Positions 20,394 to 46,696 are shown, numbered from the stretch's first letter. The stretch is DNA of 64,000 bases from the human T2T-CHM13v2.0 reference genome, Homo sapiens (GCF_009914755.1 NC_060934.1); one strand, 5' to 3'. Numbers and translations: made by a program. Notes: generated by a model not told the origin, from the sequence alone.

Positions 20394-20970
20394 TATGATT
20401 GATGGTTTTGCTACATATACTTGGAGCAATGGGCCACACTGTACTGGTTTGTCGGGTTCTTGGCACAAATATCAAGACACTTGGGTTTTTTTACTGGGAT
20501 CTTGAGTGTTAGTTGCCATGACTGGTTGTATAGCAGGAGGTACCTTTGTGACCCACCTGCTACAAAGCCCTCAGATTCTGAGACTCATATATACCAGATA
20601 GCTCTACCAGAGAGAAAGTGCTCCTGTGTGGCTGTGAATGAGGAAGGAAATCAGAGGCCTATGCTGGGCCTCCCAGGACCCTCCCTGGACTCCTCTGTTT
20701 GCACATTCCCTGCTATTTTTGCTCAGTATGCTTTGCTGCAATGAATCTTAGGACCCTGTCACTGAGTCTCGTGCATCCATCTGGTGAACCACCAAAAAAC
20801 AAGACAAAATCTTCGGAAATAGTCCTTACGCTATTTTCTGCATTTTTCGTGATTAGAATCCATGTGGGTTTTTTTTAATCACACACACACACACACAAAT
20901 ATGACAAAAACTTGGATCTCAGGGAAGAAAAGTATTCATTAATGAACTACAAAAATAAGCCATGGCAAAG

Positions 20971-22155
<1,185 letters not shown>

Positions 22156-22788
22156 GTCTATATGCACTGACATGTTCAAACCCTCTGCCACTGTAGATGA
22201 AAAATGTAATCTGCATAGCACAAATAGCTCAACAATATTTATGGAAAAGGTATATTTGCTATATCTTTGATATGCATGTATATGCATAGAAAGGGTTTGT
22301 GAGGATGTAGACCCACTTTTTAACACTTCCTTTAAGAGGAATGGGATAGAAAGGTTTTGATTTCTTTTTTCCACTTTTCATTCTATGCGTTTACTTGTTT
22401 TTACTAGGAGAATGTATGTTCATGTTACATTTGTGGACAGAGAATAAAAACAATAAGTCAAGTGCATCAGGTTCACAAAAGCCTTACCTGAAACTGCTAC
22501 AGGGTGAACACCAGGAAAGGTAAAATCTGTTTCTCAGGACACGTGGAATTTCTGTGCCATTTGTGTGTGTAGGAGAAACCCCCAAATTCTCCCAATAAAT
22601 TGCGAGTCCCGTAGGATAGGCACGCATTTGATGGCCTTGAAGAAGCGATCCTTGTATTTGCCGAACCCCTGAGAGGTCAACCAGGCCACAAACACCTTCC
22701 ATATTCGTCAGGCGACTGGGGCCAACCACGTGCTACAAATGCCGCCTCCGCCGGCAGCTTGGGGCGGAGCTCAAATAGACTCGCCTAG

Positions 22789-23493
<705 letters not shown>

Positions 23494-24037
23494 TGACTGC
23501 TTGACGGGGTCCTTGCCTCAAAGCTGGGTGTGCTCTGCTGTATTTGGTACTTAATCCAATTTTCTGAACACCGATGGATGCCAGAAATTGTGAATTTTCG
23601 GTAACATTCTAGTCAATAACACAAATCTTGTGTCCACCAGATGGGCCGGTTCAGTACAGACATTGATCTTCATATTTAATTTTGGGGTTTGGTTTCTAAT
23701 CAAATTATAGTACTCTGAAATTCTACTTTTAGTTAAAGTCTTCACTGGTTTTGGGGAGCCCCCTAAAACTTGCTTGGAGCTCTCTAGGATTAAAAAACAA
23801 ACTTTTAAGTAGAAGTTCCGTGGTGTTAAGAAGGTAAGTAGCTCAGCATTTTTCAAATTAGATACATATGAAGCATCTGGCTTAGTGTGAGGTACATATC
23901 AGCTGTTCAGTTATTGCTGGGTCAGCAACCCTATTAAGTTGTATAAATAGAGAAGCAGTGGGGGTGTCAGGGCACAACCCAGGCAGCAGCGGCGGCCACA
24001 GCGTTTATCCGCCTGTGGAGGATGAGGCATCCTCGGC

Positions 24038-24375
24038 GGTTCAACTGTGTTGCTCCAAGTGACATAATGTCATGATTTTGGTGGCTGAAGGGTTTTGCCT
24101 TGTGTACATACTAGAGTTTCTTGATCTCTTCATTTGTGGATGGACAGGTTCATCTGTATTGCTCCAAGCTACATAATTTTATTATTTTGGTGGCTGAAGG
24201 CTATTCCCTTCAGTATATGTGTTAGAGTTTCCTGATCCCTTCATCTGTGGATGCACAGGGTTCCACATGTGGCTGCGGATGACAGGGTTTCCAGAAGCTT
24301 TATGGCTGAAGAGTATTCCATTGTGTATCTACACAGCAGTTTCTTTACCCCTTCATCTGTGAATAGCCAGGTTGA
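24038..24375. repeat. Three degenerate ~110-bp tandem units of L1-3'UTR-like sequence within the PTCHD3 intron copy
   Basis: Units start ggttc at ~24038, ~24147 and ~24259 and share tggctgaag...cttcat(c/t)tgtg. Confidence 0.65.
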
Positions 24376-24488
24376 TGTGATTCCTGGATTGCCTGGAAGA
24401 AGCAAATACAGAACAGAGCATTGAATTACTGGTTTAGACAGTGGGAAAAAGACATATGTTTACCGTTATCTTCTCTTGGCACATTTGA

Positions 24489-24788
<300 letters not shown>

Positions 24789-25548
24789 TGAGCCCAGCTG
24801 TCTGCCCCAGGGTCCACCTCTCAGCCTTTCAGTAGGGAAGGCTGCCCAGAATCCATGTGTTTTTATGAAACATCCATCAGTTTCATATAATAATACTAAA
24901 GATTGATCATGATAATATGTATACTGATAAACCTCAGTCCCATTATGTCTTTTTCTTAAACTGCTTTCTAAAATTTGAAATTTGTTCTTTTCTTCTGAAG
25001 ATTTTGGAGGGTCTAGTTGAATTTCAATAATTTTAAATGACTTTTTAAAAAACCACAAAACCCTGTATGATCCAGATGCCATCTCGCCACTTGGAGAGTA
25101 CCTATTATTTTGGAGACATGTGCACTTGCTAAAATTGGCTTGGAACAGCCTACAGAGTGCATGCCTTTGGGTCCTCTTGGATTGATTACTGCCATTCTTT
25201 CTTCTCCAACATTCTGGAGGCACTGACTCATGGATTACAAAGTGTTTCAAAATTCTACCACATATGCCCCTGCCAACTCTAGCTCAATTTTTATATCTTT
25301 GCAAAAACTTGACCTCTAATGAGGTCTTAGGTTTATTTTATAATCCACTGGGTTAAAAATAACTAGACTTAGATTGCCTTTATATGGTATTCATCTGTAT
25401 ACTTAGCTCTTAGGCTATTGGTTAGGACTTATACAATTAAAAAACTCACGATGTATATTTAGAAGATGTCAGAAAAACACTCACTTTCTAAGTCTTCAAA
25501 GTTATATTCTTTTACATTGTCTCTCCTGACCATCGAGAATGCTCTTGA

Positions 25549-27460
<1,912 letters not shown>

Positions 27461-28196
27461 TCTCCTGATTTTCTATAACCAGTTATGAGATGGGCTAAAT
27501 CTGACCTGACCTATCAGTGAAATCATTGCATACTTAAGAGGAAGATCAGAAAGGCCATTTCATCCAGAAATATCTTTCTTGTGCTCTGCCTTCCATGCCT
27601 GAAGTTCCCTGAACTAAAGCAATCAGTACCAGTTAATGTGATGCCCTCAATAAAAAAATTACACACACATTTACGCAGGTGCAATCACACATGGTATAAC
27701 TTGCTTTTCCACTTTGGTGCACAAATATAATCTTGCTTCATTTAGAGTTGACTGCTTGAATGCCTACTTGCTCCACTTCCAGGCAAACTAACATCTTCTT
27801 TTCTTTTCTTTTTTCTTTTTTTATTAGCTCTTATCCCAAAGAACATCTTCTTAAAGGGTCTTTCCACCTCCAAGTGTTCAAATCCCCCAACCTATTATTA
27901 TTAATTTTATTATTACATTTTACTTTTTTATGGTAAAACATAATTCTTACCTCATTATGATGATGTTTTACCTTTTTAAAAAAGTTATTAAATACCCAAC
28001 TTATTAAATACCAAGCATCCTCCTACACATGCACATCTGCTTCCATGCCAGGCAGAGCAGGAGTTAGAGACTCAACAGTTCCTCCCTCGCACCCACCTCA
28101 TTGCTTCTTGCAGCCTCACAGTGTCTTTGCTAAAGGCTGTCCTACTACTGTTTGAAGGAAAATCATTGTCCACCATTGTTAGAATGACCCCACTGG

Positions 28197-28790
28197 TCGG
28201 TCTAGATTTCTCCCAGAGTCTCAGATGCAACCCACATTGGATACTTTCTCCTTCTTCTTCTTCTTCTTCTTCTTCTTCTTCTTCTTCTTCTTCTTCTTCT
28301 TCTTCTTCTTCTTCTTCTTCTTCTTCTTCTTCTTCTTCCTTCTTCTTCTCCTTCTCCTTCTCCTTCTCCTTCTCCTTCTCCTTCTCCTTCTCCTTCTTCT
28401 TCTTCTTCTTTCGGTCTAGATTTCTCCCAGAGTCTCAGATGCAACCCACATTGGATACTTTCTTCTTCTTCTTCTTCTTCTTCTTCTTCTTCTTCTTCTT
28501 CTTCTTCTTCTTCTTCTTCTTCTTCTTCTTCTGCTTCTTCTTCTTCCTTCTTCTTCTTCTTCTTCTTCTTCTTCTTCTTCTTCTTCTTCTTCTTCTTCTT
28601 CTTCTTCTTCTTCTTCTTCTTCTTCTTCTCCTTCTCCTCCTTCTCCTTCTCCTTCTCCTTCTTCTCCTTCTCCTTCTTCTCCTTCTTCTCCTCCTCCTCC
28701 TCCTTCTTCTTCCTCCTCTTCTTCCTCCTCTTCCTCTTCTTCCTCTTCCTCTTTTGCTTCTTCTGCTGCTTCTTCCTTCTCCTTTTTTTT
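28197..28790. repeat. Complex (TTC)n/(GAA)n polypyrimidine tract with a 214-bp-period tandem duplication, at the tail of a minus-strand Alu monomer (~28783-28934)
   Basis: Three pure TTC runs of ~24-29 units plus CTCCTT hexamers; a ~52-bp unique segment is identical at 28197 and 28411. Confidence 0.95.
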
Positions 28791-29468
28791 TGAAGGCAGT
28801 GTTTCACTCTGTCACCCAGGCTGAAGGGTAGTGGCGCCATCATAGCTCACTGCATCCTCCACTGTTCTCAAGTGGTCCTCCTGCCTCAGCCTCCCAAAAT
28901 GCCAGGATAATAGGCATAAGCCACTGCACTGGCCCTCACAACTCTTCTTAATGAGCACTCTTCTACCTAGCCATTGCTCCCCAAAGCAACTCACTGTGCC
29001 GAGGTGAGCAGGTCTGCAGTTGCTTCAAATAGCAACCACATGCTGGGTCACATATGGTTTTCCCACAATCCCCTCATGCTCAGCTTCCCCCAAATTCTGC
29101 TTACTACTGTCAATGGGAAGGAGTTTAGGAGGGAGGGTCAGCTTTGTAAAACCAAAGAGAAATCCACTTCAACTCTAATCAGGACGTGTTTCTACCAAAG
29201 CGTGTTAGTGCAAAACTAAGAGGATGGATGAAGCGACAGTCACAGGACAAAGAAGATCCCTGCCAGGGGAATTTTTGTCTCTCCTTGTTCAGAGGTTATT
29301 TGATACCCTCATTCTAGAAAACAAGCCAACAAAACTCACTCTGTTTATAGACAGGAATGTTATGCCACATGATCCCACCTGAGGAGTAGGTTCACAGGTG
29401 GTTTTTATCTTGCTTATCTGTATTGCTAAATTTTTCTTAAATGAACATATCATTAAAAAGTCAATATA

Positions 29469-31769
<2,301 letters not shown>

Positions 31770-32316
31770 TCATATTCTGAAGAGAAACCTGGATTGCTCT
31801 TACCCAAGACAAAAATGAAACAAAGAATCAAAGAATAATCATTTAATAAACTCCCTTAGGCGGCTTTAGTCATGGAATCTCTTTCAAGGTACGTTTTCAG
31901 GTTTCATTTAAAAAAACAGTCTCACTTTGCCTTTTTTCAAAATATCCTTTTCTATTTAAACTTAGTCTTCTGGCTCTTTAAATTAAATCCTGTGGACTCC
32001 AAGGGAGAGTGCAGGCCCAGAATTTGTCAGGTGGATCAGAAAACTGCTCCCTTTCTGTTCTTTCCTAAAATAGCCAAAGATGGTGATTCAACCAAATGAC
32101 AAAGAAACAATAATACTCCACCAAATTAAAACATAAACGTGAACTGTCCTTCTCAGCAATACTGTTTATGTTGTGCTTACTTGAGTACCACATAAGCACC
32201 ATCATATTGAAAGTGCTATCTCGGGACAAAAAGCCATCTCCCTTGAGTTGTTACACACAAAGACAAACCAGAATGCTCTGGGCAAAGGTTGCCAGGAGCA
32301 AAAAGGTGATTTTTTG

Positions 32317-32750
32317 CCCATCAATGATAGACTGGATAAAGAAAATGTGGCACATATATGCCATGGAATACTATGCAGCCCTAAAAATGGGTGCGTTCAT
32401 GCCCTTTGCAGGGACATGGATGAAGCTGGAAGCCATCATTCTCAGCAAACTAACACAGGAACAGAAAACCAAACGCCACGTGTTCTCACTTATAAGTGGG
32501 AGTTGAACAATGAGAACGCATGGACACAGGGAGGGGAACATCACACACTGGGGCCTGTCAAGGGTTGTGGGGCAAGGGGAGAGAGAACATTAGGACAAAT
32601 ACTTAATGTATGTGTGGCTTAAAACCTAGATGATGGGTTGATGGGTGCAGCAAACCACCATGGCACATGTATACCTATGTAACAAACCTGCATGTTTTGC
32701 ACATGTATCCCAGAGCTTAAAGTAAAATAAAAATAAATTTAAAAAAAAAA
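32317..32750 (+). mobile_element. L1PA 3'-end fragment
   Basis: DWIKKMWHIYAMEYYAA...[19 protein letters not shown] (ORF2 C-terminus), 3'UTR and A-tail; flanking repeat aggtga(t/c)tttttgc. Confidence 0.9.
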
Positions 32751-33704
32751 GAGGTGACTTTTGCTCCCACCACAGGGTACTATCTCCCTGGGTAAGACAT
32801 TCGATGCCAGGGGTCCCTGTGAGCCAGCAGACATAGGCCACTGGCTTGCAGCGTTAAGGGAGACAGGGTCCTTGCAGCACAGTGACTTTGTGTGGGGGGA
32901 ACTACCGTTTTGTTGTTGGGAATGATGGTGATTATGGCTCAAAATGGAAGGTAACATACTTGAGAGTCTCTGCCAGGGAAAAATGCCCCCACCCCATTTC
33001 CTCACAATAGAAGAGAGCATCTGGCTATCTTTGTTCATCAGTTTTTAAGGCCTACAGGGGCAATGTCTGACTCTGTTTGCAGCTGGTGCCAGGGTAGGAA
33101 TGCAGAGAAAGAAAAGGTCAGAACACAGCACTAGCTGTTTGGGGGTGATGCAGAAACACAGGTGATGAAGTGGGGGTTTGAAGGCAAAGGCTGGAGTGAG
33201 ATTGTCTTATTTTACTTTATCATTTCTCACTAGAAATTCCCAGACATCACAGAAAAACAAATTTCAAAGAAAGAATTTTGGCAAAAAAAAAAAAAAAAAT
33301 GTTTGCTTTTTCCTACATCCTACTCTTTGAAGTTTGACAAAGAGGGAGGTGGCCCCTGTTAAAGTTGGGATCAAACGGTACCTTGAAGTTGCCAAGCTGG
33401 GAACCAGTGGAGGACTTGGAAGAGCAGAAGTGGTACTTAAATGCTTTTTAAAATTTATTTTTAATTTTTGAATTTTTTGTGGAGATCGGGGTCTCACTAT
33501 GTTCCCCAGGCTGGTGTCTAACTCCTGGCCACAAGCAAACCTCCTGCTTTGGTCTCCCAAAATGCTGGGATTACAGGCATGAGCCGTCACACAAGGCCAA
33601 TGCTTAGATATTTAACTTGAATGAAAACACTTAAAAGGAGGAAAAACATGACTGTGTCTTTTCAATGTTATCTTTGAAACCATTCCTACAGGGTTGAGAA
33701 GGAC

Positions 33705-34045
33705 TGCAAGGATTTTGTCCATAGTTCTGGACAAAAATATAGTTACAATTAAGCGTTCATCAGGCTACACTCTAACCTACTTCCTTGTTGCTAAAAGTCA
33801 GGTGCACTAGGTGCTGACGTCTGCATCCCATTGCTCCTACAGACGGGATCTTTGACATTAGACTCATAAGGCTTTTGTTTAAGGATTGCTTAAGATGTTT
33901 CTCAGACCCTAAATTCCAGCAACCAGTTTGACTACCCCTTAAAAACCCTAACTTCAAATTCCTTGGGGAGATGGATTTGAGGTTCCCTCCCATCTCCTGG
34001 TTTGGTGACCCTAGGATTACATTTTTCTCTGCTGCAACCCAACCT
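33705..34045. mobile_element. ERV1-type LTR remnant (MER39/MER34-like)
   Basis: Resembles recalled consensus (cttttgtttaaggattgcttaagatg...ccagcaaccagtttga); boundaries uncertain. Confidence 0.4.
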
Positions 34046-34640
34046 CTCAGCATATTGACTTGTGGTATGTGTCAGGCAACGAATCTACTATGATTACACT
34101 TTGGATCATTATTTTACCTCCTTTTCTATCTAAAAGGGTGGATTTACATGTTGTAATAGCTGCCTCTTTGTTTGATTTAAAATAATGGTGTGGGCACAAG
34201 CTCCTTGTGGCAATCCCTAGAGCTGTCAATGTTGCCATAGTTTGTGTGAGAGGTCCTGGGGTTGAGGGGGGTCTGTTAGCCCATTAGTTTGCTTCCATTT
34301 GGCACATACTTAATAAGTGTCTACTAGGAGCTAAGGCCGACTCTTCCCAGCACTGTGGAGAGGAATTTGGAAGATTAATAACGTACTTAGCAGTGTAGGC
34401 AAAGGACCGGGGTGGAAGAATTTCATAGATTGGAGCTGGACCCTGCAGGGTGAATAGGATTTCAGCAGGCCAAGGAAACAAAAGCACAGGTCCCTTCAGG
34501 ATATGGTCAGAAATCTTGGTTTCCAGGGATTCCAGAGGGAGAGGAAAGGGTACCCATGCAGAAGCAGCAGGGATTTTAGAGCCACTACTTACTGCCCTTC
34601 CTGACATGTCAAGGCTTTGGGGGAAAACAAAGAGTAGTTT

Positions 34641-36216
34641 TGTTACAGGATTGTTGGGTGTTGCTTTTCTGGCTGGAAACCTCTGTGGCTGTGGGGCCAT
34701 TGCCCGATATTTGCTTGGGCCCACCGGGCTCATTCTGCCCACTTGGCCTGGCAGGTTGCACTCTGCTCATGCTGCCGGCCTGGATCCCATGCCTGCCAAG
34801 GGTGAGCCAGGTGCGGAACAGCAAGGAGTGTATGAGCAAGTGTGAGGTCTGACCTCTGTGCACAGTCAGGTATGCCAGCCAGGGGGCAAGCAGCTCCAGG
34901 TGCTGGCATGAGCACCAGCTCTCCATGAGGCTGCAGCAAGACCAGGTGCACCACAAGCAGCTTCCTCAGCTGGCACTGGGGATTGCAGTGGTGCCCAGAA
35001 GCTTGGAGACACCAGGAACCTCAGGGCCCCAAAGAGAAAGTCACATCCCTGGCTCAGGGAGCTCCCAGGTCTGGGCTCCCCAAAAGGCCACAGCTCTTGT
35101 CTCATTCTGTTCACCCACAACATGATGAGCAGGGGGCAGGTTTCTGCCCTGTTTATGTTACAACTCTTTTAGTCTTGCCATTTGATGGGCCCTGAGTTCT
35201 CATCCTGGGACCAAGAAGAATGAGGTACACAGACAAGTGGAGGGTGAGCAAGATGAAGAGGAGCCTTACTGAACAACAGAACAGCTCAGAGGAGACCCGC
35301 AGGGGGCAGCTCCTTTCCGCAGCCAGGGTGTCCTAATGAGTGTTCACCTCCTAGCAGAGAGGAGACTCTGGAGTGGGAAGTTCTTCTCTGCAGGCAGGTT
35401 GTCCTGTTGTCTCTGCAGCTCTCAGCAGAGAGGAGGCCCTGGAGTGGGTTGCTCCTCTCCGCAGCTGGCTGTCCCAATGTCTCTGCAAGTCTCTGAAGCT
35501 CTCAGCATAGAGGAGGCCTTAGAGTGGATAGCTTCTCTCTGCTGCTGGTTGTCCTAACATCTGCTCAGTTCTGGCTGAGCTTGGGGCTTTTATGGGCCTC
35601 CGAGAGGAGGAAGTGTGCAACAATTGGTCCGTGAGCAGCCATGGATGGGCCCAGAAAAGCCACCACAAGCTCCCACTCTGGTCTGCAGGACTGGGAGCCC
35701 AGCTTCCAGCTTTCAGGCCCTCCCTGGCCTGAAGGTGGGACCTCACCAGGGACCCACCCCCTTCTGCCCAGGAATCTGTCTGCCTCCTGCTGCCATTCAT
35801 AGTGCGCAGGCTCCCCCCAGCTTTGCTCCAAGATCGGACCAGGCACTGACAACAGGGAGAAGCCAGGCAGCGGAGCAGGCACTTCCAAGCCTATAAGGGT
35901 GGCGGTGGGGGTGACTTCCTGGGCCTCCAAGAGTGCAGGGTTGCCTAGGTCTGCAGCTGCAGTTTGGGCAGCTGCAGCTGTGCCTGGGAGCGTGGGGATC
36001 TTGCCTACTCTGTGGAGTGGGAGGCCCAGGTCTGCAGCTGAGGTTTGGGTGGCTGCAGCAGCACCCAGGAAGCTCTCACCCCAACTTAGAAGGGATGAGG
36101 CTCCCACTTGTTCCCAGCTCCCACGGGCTCCACAGAGCAAGGAGCGCTGGCCACTCCTCCCTGCTGCAGCTGGTGTGATGGCAGCGGTGGCTCCAGATGG
36201 CCTGCCCCTCCCATCA
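34641..36216 (-). mobile_element. MER52 (ERV1) solo LTR
   Basis: TG...CA ends, GC-rich internal repeats (ctctcagcagagaggag), 4-bp TSD GTTT at 34637-34640 and 36217-36220. Confidence 0.85.
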
Positions 36217-36478
36217 GTTTCACCTCTCTTGGGGATCTCTGTGCTTGGAGCAGTAACATGGTATGATTAAGGTAGGATTTCAGGGCCTGGTGGGCTGAGG
36301 CAGGGAAGGAAGGAAGCAGATGTTCAGCTAGCAGAGCAGCAGAAAGATTTAAGATCCTGGTTCTGTTCCTCCCTAAGGCCCGATCTCATTTCTCTTCTTG
36401 GACTCCATGAGACACACAGGTGTCCTTGACTAATTTCCACTTTTTGCTTTAGCTAGTTTGAATTTATGCTCTATCATT

Positions 36479-37191
<713 letters not shown>

Positions 37192-37221
37192 CACTCCAGC
37201 CAAAATAATCCTGGCTAATCC

Positions 37222-39581
<2,360 letters not shown>

Positions 39582-39806
39582 TCATTTTTCCCTAGGCTTA
39601 GACATGACCAAACATGGCCCAGCACAAAAAAGGCAGTTAATAAAATGAAAATATTTGCAGTTTCACAGGACCCAGAAGTGTTTGGTTGAGATCCTCATGG
39701 GCCCGTTTGCCTGATTCAGGTCCAATCACAGATCCCTGCATTACTCTTGGGTTTGTGACCCATATATGTAGTTGTTTCTTCTTAGCAGAAGATATCCAAC
39801 TCAGGG

Positions 39807-40778
39807 TGTTGTCCCAAAGACCACCAGGATGGCTCAGTAGTAGAAAGGAGAGCTTTATCATCAATACCAGTTTGCGAAACGGGAAGAGACAGTCTCTGAT
39901 GTGTGACAAAGGTATTCTCTTTTTCAAGAGGGAAGAGCAGTTGGGGTTTTTTTTCCTCACAGGACATACATATTCAGCAGTTTTGGGGGAAAAACTATAC
40001 ATATTTATGAGGGGAGCTGAATGCATGTGCAATGGGCAAACATGTCTGTAACATACATCTCGTGTTCACTTTGGGGCAGGGCTTTAGCATTAAAATGAGG
40101 TGGAATTGGCTGGGCGTGGTGGCTTATGTCCATAATCCCAGCACTTTGGGAGGCCAAGGCGGGCAGATCATGAGGTCAGGAGTTTGAGACCAGCCTGGCC
40201 AACATGGTGAAACCCCGTCTCTACTAAAAAATACAAAAATTAGCCAGACATGATGGCGGATGCCTGAAATCCCAGCTACTGGGGAGGCTGAAGCAGGAGA
40301 GTCACTTGAACCCAGGAGGTGGAGGTTATAGTGAGCTGAGATCACGCCACTGAACTCCACCCTGGGTGACAGAGCAAGACTTCATCTCAAAATAAATAAA
40401 TAAATAGATAAATAAATATAAAAAAATAAAATGAGGAGGAACTTGGCTCTTTTATGTCAAAAGGTGAACTGTAGGACACAAAGACAGTTTGTATGCAGTC
40501 TCTATAAGTTGCTAAAACTGGCTTACGGTCTGTAATTGCTTATCAGAAAAGAATGTTATTAAGGCTGGTCCTCTGTCCAACAGAGTTATACTGGTCTGGG
40601 TTGTAAATCAGTTAGGAGGGGTCCGAGCTCCCATTGCTAGGAAGCTTAAAGCTGTAGGAATTTAGAAATTTGCCATGTCAGTAAGCCCAAACCCTTGACT
40701 TACAGGGAACTTTGTTTCCTTAACCTTAGAATCCATCTTAGTGATGAAGAGGTGTCTGTTTTGGTCTCTCAGATCGCA
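39807..40778 (-). mobile_element. ERV1 LTR (MER66-like) with Alu (~40108-40430, +) inserted
   Basis: LTR-like TG start, ends ggtctctcagatcgca; Alu flanked by aaaatgagg.ggaa. Confidence 0.5.
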
Positions 40779-40866
40779 ATGGGCCCAAGTATGGCTGAAG
40801 AGCTGGAGCTAGCCTGTCCATCCCTAGCAGGTTTCAATCCAGGCTTCCTTAAGGATAATTTTTCAG

Positions 40867-43620
<2,754 letters not shown>

Positions 43621-44483
43621 GTCAGATAAAGATCTTTTTTTAACTCTTCTCAATTTTACAAACTTTCCATTTTTTTACGTGCAGAGAATGCCTGTTTTTA
43701 TGTTGTTTGTGGATATCAAGGGCATGCCCTAAAGGCATGCAAAGAAAACAATTGAGAAGTAAAAATTATGGAACTGAGGAGATCACAGAAATAATGTTAA
43801 TTAAATACCTCATTTTTATTTTTTCTTTACGAACGCACAGACTACAATAGTGGTTCTAGCCCCAGGTCCAGAGGTGAGGGAAGGAACTCAGTCAGACAGC
43901 TCTACCAGGAAGTTTATCTGCAAATAGGAAAGTTATTTTACTGACATTTACAGATATCAGAGCACATGTGTTGACTGTACATTCTGGGTATGTAGATGGT
44001 CTGGGTAGAGCTGTACACACCTTTTTGCTGAGTCCTCATTATTATCTAAGATGTAATATGTGGTCCTGAACATGGTTTGGTCTGTGTCTCTAACAAGAAT
44101 CCAGATCATGACCTGGACCTTCTGGGCATGAGTCTAGAGCTGTGTTGTCCAGTAAGGTAGCCACTTGCCATACAGTCATTTATACTTCATTTTAATGCAA
44201 TGAAAACTTCAGTTTTCAATAGCCACATTTCAATTGGTCCATAGTCACATATGATTAGTGGCTCAGGTAGAGATTTCCATCATCACCGGAAGTTCTGCGG
44301 ACTGTGCTGGATCCCTGGGACCAGTATTTGTGAACCAGCAGCAGGAACATCACCTGGGAGCTTGGAAGAAATGTGGAATCTCAGCTGTGTCCAGACCTAC
44401 TGAGAGAGAATCTGCTTTTTACACAATCCTGGGTAATTTATATACCATTCAAGAGTAAGAAGCACTGTTCTAGACAATCGAGC

Positions 44484-45104
44484 TGTAAACCAAAAATAAA
44501 ATTCTAAGGCCCCCCCAACCATCTGAACGGACTTCCTTCTTGGCCAGAACAATCTTAAAATTTAACCTGAAAAACTGGTTCAGGCCATGACAGGAAGTGG
44601 GGATCGGATGTGCCTCATTATACCTCTCTGGCAGTAACATCAACACAGACTTTAAGTCTGATAAGAAATATTTTACAACCTATTCTCTCTGAAGCCTACT
44701 ACCCGAAGGCTTCCTCTGCAAATAAGAACTTTGGTCTCCACAATTCTTTATCTTAACCCAAACGTTTCCTTTCTATTGATCCAAGGTCTTTAGAGAAACT
44801 CACCCAATTGTTAACAAAAAAATGTTTAAATCTACCTATAGCCTGGAGCCTCCCCCACCCCCTGCACCCCACTCCTTGCTTCCAGTTGTCCTGCCTTTCT
44901 GAACTAAACCCATGTATTTCTTAAATGTATTGTATTGAAGTCTCATGCCTCCCTAAAATGTATAAAACCCAGCTGCACCCCTACCACCTTGGGTGCATGT
45001 TCTCAGGGCCTCCTGAGGGCTGGGTCATGGGCCATGGTCACTCCTATTTGGTTCAGCATAAATCTCCTCAAATATTTTACAGAGTTTCACTCTTTTCATC
45101 CACA
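44484..45104 (+). mobile_element. MER4-family ERV1 solo LTR
   Basis: Starts tgtaaaccaaaaataaaattctaaggcccccc, characteristic of MER4B/D. Confidence 0.75.
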
Positions 45105-45231
45105 GAGGAAACATACCCCCAGGCTTGGAAGAAGGAAAGAACTGCATCCAGATTGGGCTATAGGTACAGTTACTTCCTACAGAAATGCGTCTTTCCTATG
45201 GCTTCTTAAAACTAAGAAAAATATTCAGTTA

Positions 45232-45990
45232 TGAGAAAAGAAAAGAACTTTTATCTGAGGAACACAAGTCCTTTTAATTATTGGGCCCAGAGAGGTATTA
45301 AAAACAGGCAGCAATTGTTGCAGAATTTTGCTCCTTAGTTCAGTTGTAAGTGGGTTCTTTTCACACAACCAGGAAATTTAGGCACGCAGACACATTAAAG
45401 GGTGAGTAGAGCAGGATTTTATTGGGTGAAAAGAGAAAAAAGAAAAAAACAGCAAAACGAGATGGAGTCCTGCTAATAGGCCCCCCACCTCACAGATTGA
45501 ATCCCAGGCCGCCACACAGGAACTGAAGAGGCCAGGCTCCTCCCACTGCCTGTGGCTCCGCCCCATCCCCCAGTGCGCATGTTGGCAGGCTCAGACAAGG
45601 CCCTGGGCAGGTTCCCTCATCTGCACAAAAGTATCTCATGTAAACACTTGTGGGGCAGGTCGGAGATTCTCCGGGGACCTCTTTTAATATGCCTAGGCAT
45701 TTGGCTGTCTCACAATCATGCCCTACTCCCTGCTTTGAGCTATGTATTCATTTCTTGAAATGGCTTGCTATTGCCACAGGCAGCTATAAATTAATCTAAT
45801 AATGCCACATGGGACACCATAACCCACACCCTAAAGCTTCACAGTGTATAGCTAATCAGTGTTATTTCTGTAAACCAATGGGAATTCCTGACAAGCAGCT
45901 TTGTCTTAGCCCACTCCCTGTCTCCCTCTTTTTGCCTTTAAAAATCCACTTGCAACTACTGCACATTGGAGTGGATATTCAGGGCAACTT
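45232..45990. mobile_element. ERV1 LTR (MER67-like) interrupted by a MER61-like LTR (~45317-45713, -)
   Basis: Inner LTR tgttgcagaattttgctccttagttcag...ggctgtctca flanked by caat; host sequence resumes afterwards. Confidence 0.55.
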
Positions 45991-46696
45991 ACCTCAGCTT
46001 CTCCCTTTTAAGTCAACCCTTACCTCCGGCTACAGTTTAATAGTCAGTGTCTGCACAACTGTTTGTGTTGACCAATGCCTTCTTCTTGACCTACTCATAA
46101 AAATACCTAAACATTTATGAAGCTCTTACCCTGCGCCATGAACTGTTCTATGTGCTTCATCCATTTTGATTCATTAATCCTCACAAACAGCCCTACAGGT
46201 AGCTTCTATTATTAACTTTATTTTACAAATGAGGATTCTGAGACACAAAGAATGGAAATAAAGTCACAGTGGAGGCGGGGCACAGTGTTTCACACCTGTA
46301 ATTTCAGCACTTTGGGAGGCTGAGGCAGGAGGATGGATTGAGGCCAGGAGTTTGAGACTAGCCTGGGCCAAACAGTGAGACTCCATCTCTACAAGAAAAA
46401 AAAGAAAAGAAAAAGAGTCACAATGGCTGACTCCAACTCAGCAGTTCCTGGGCCCTAGAGAAGTGTGAAAGGAAAATCTTGGGGTCCCAAATTTACCAAG
46501 CTAAGGGAAAAGTCAAGCTGGGAATTGTTCAGGACAAACCTGCCTCCCATTCTATTCAAAGTCATCCCTCCGCTCACTGAAATAGATGCATATTGCCTCC
46601 TTTGGAAAAGCTTATCAGAAACTCAAAGAATGCAACCATTTGTCTCTCACCTACCTGTGACCTGGAAGCCCCCTCCCTGCTTTGAGTTGTCCCCAC

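Noticed and set aside
28121-28843. Long ORFs of 236 and 213 aa (poly-S/F/L and poly-K/E/R)
   Set aside because: Artefacts of the stop-free TTC/GAA microsatellite.
34284-36270. Many overlapping GC-rich ORFs
   Set aside because: Mostly within the MER52 LTR, with no recognisable protein homology.
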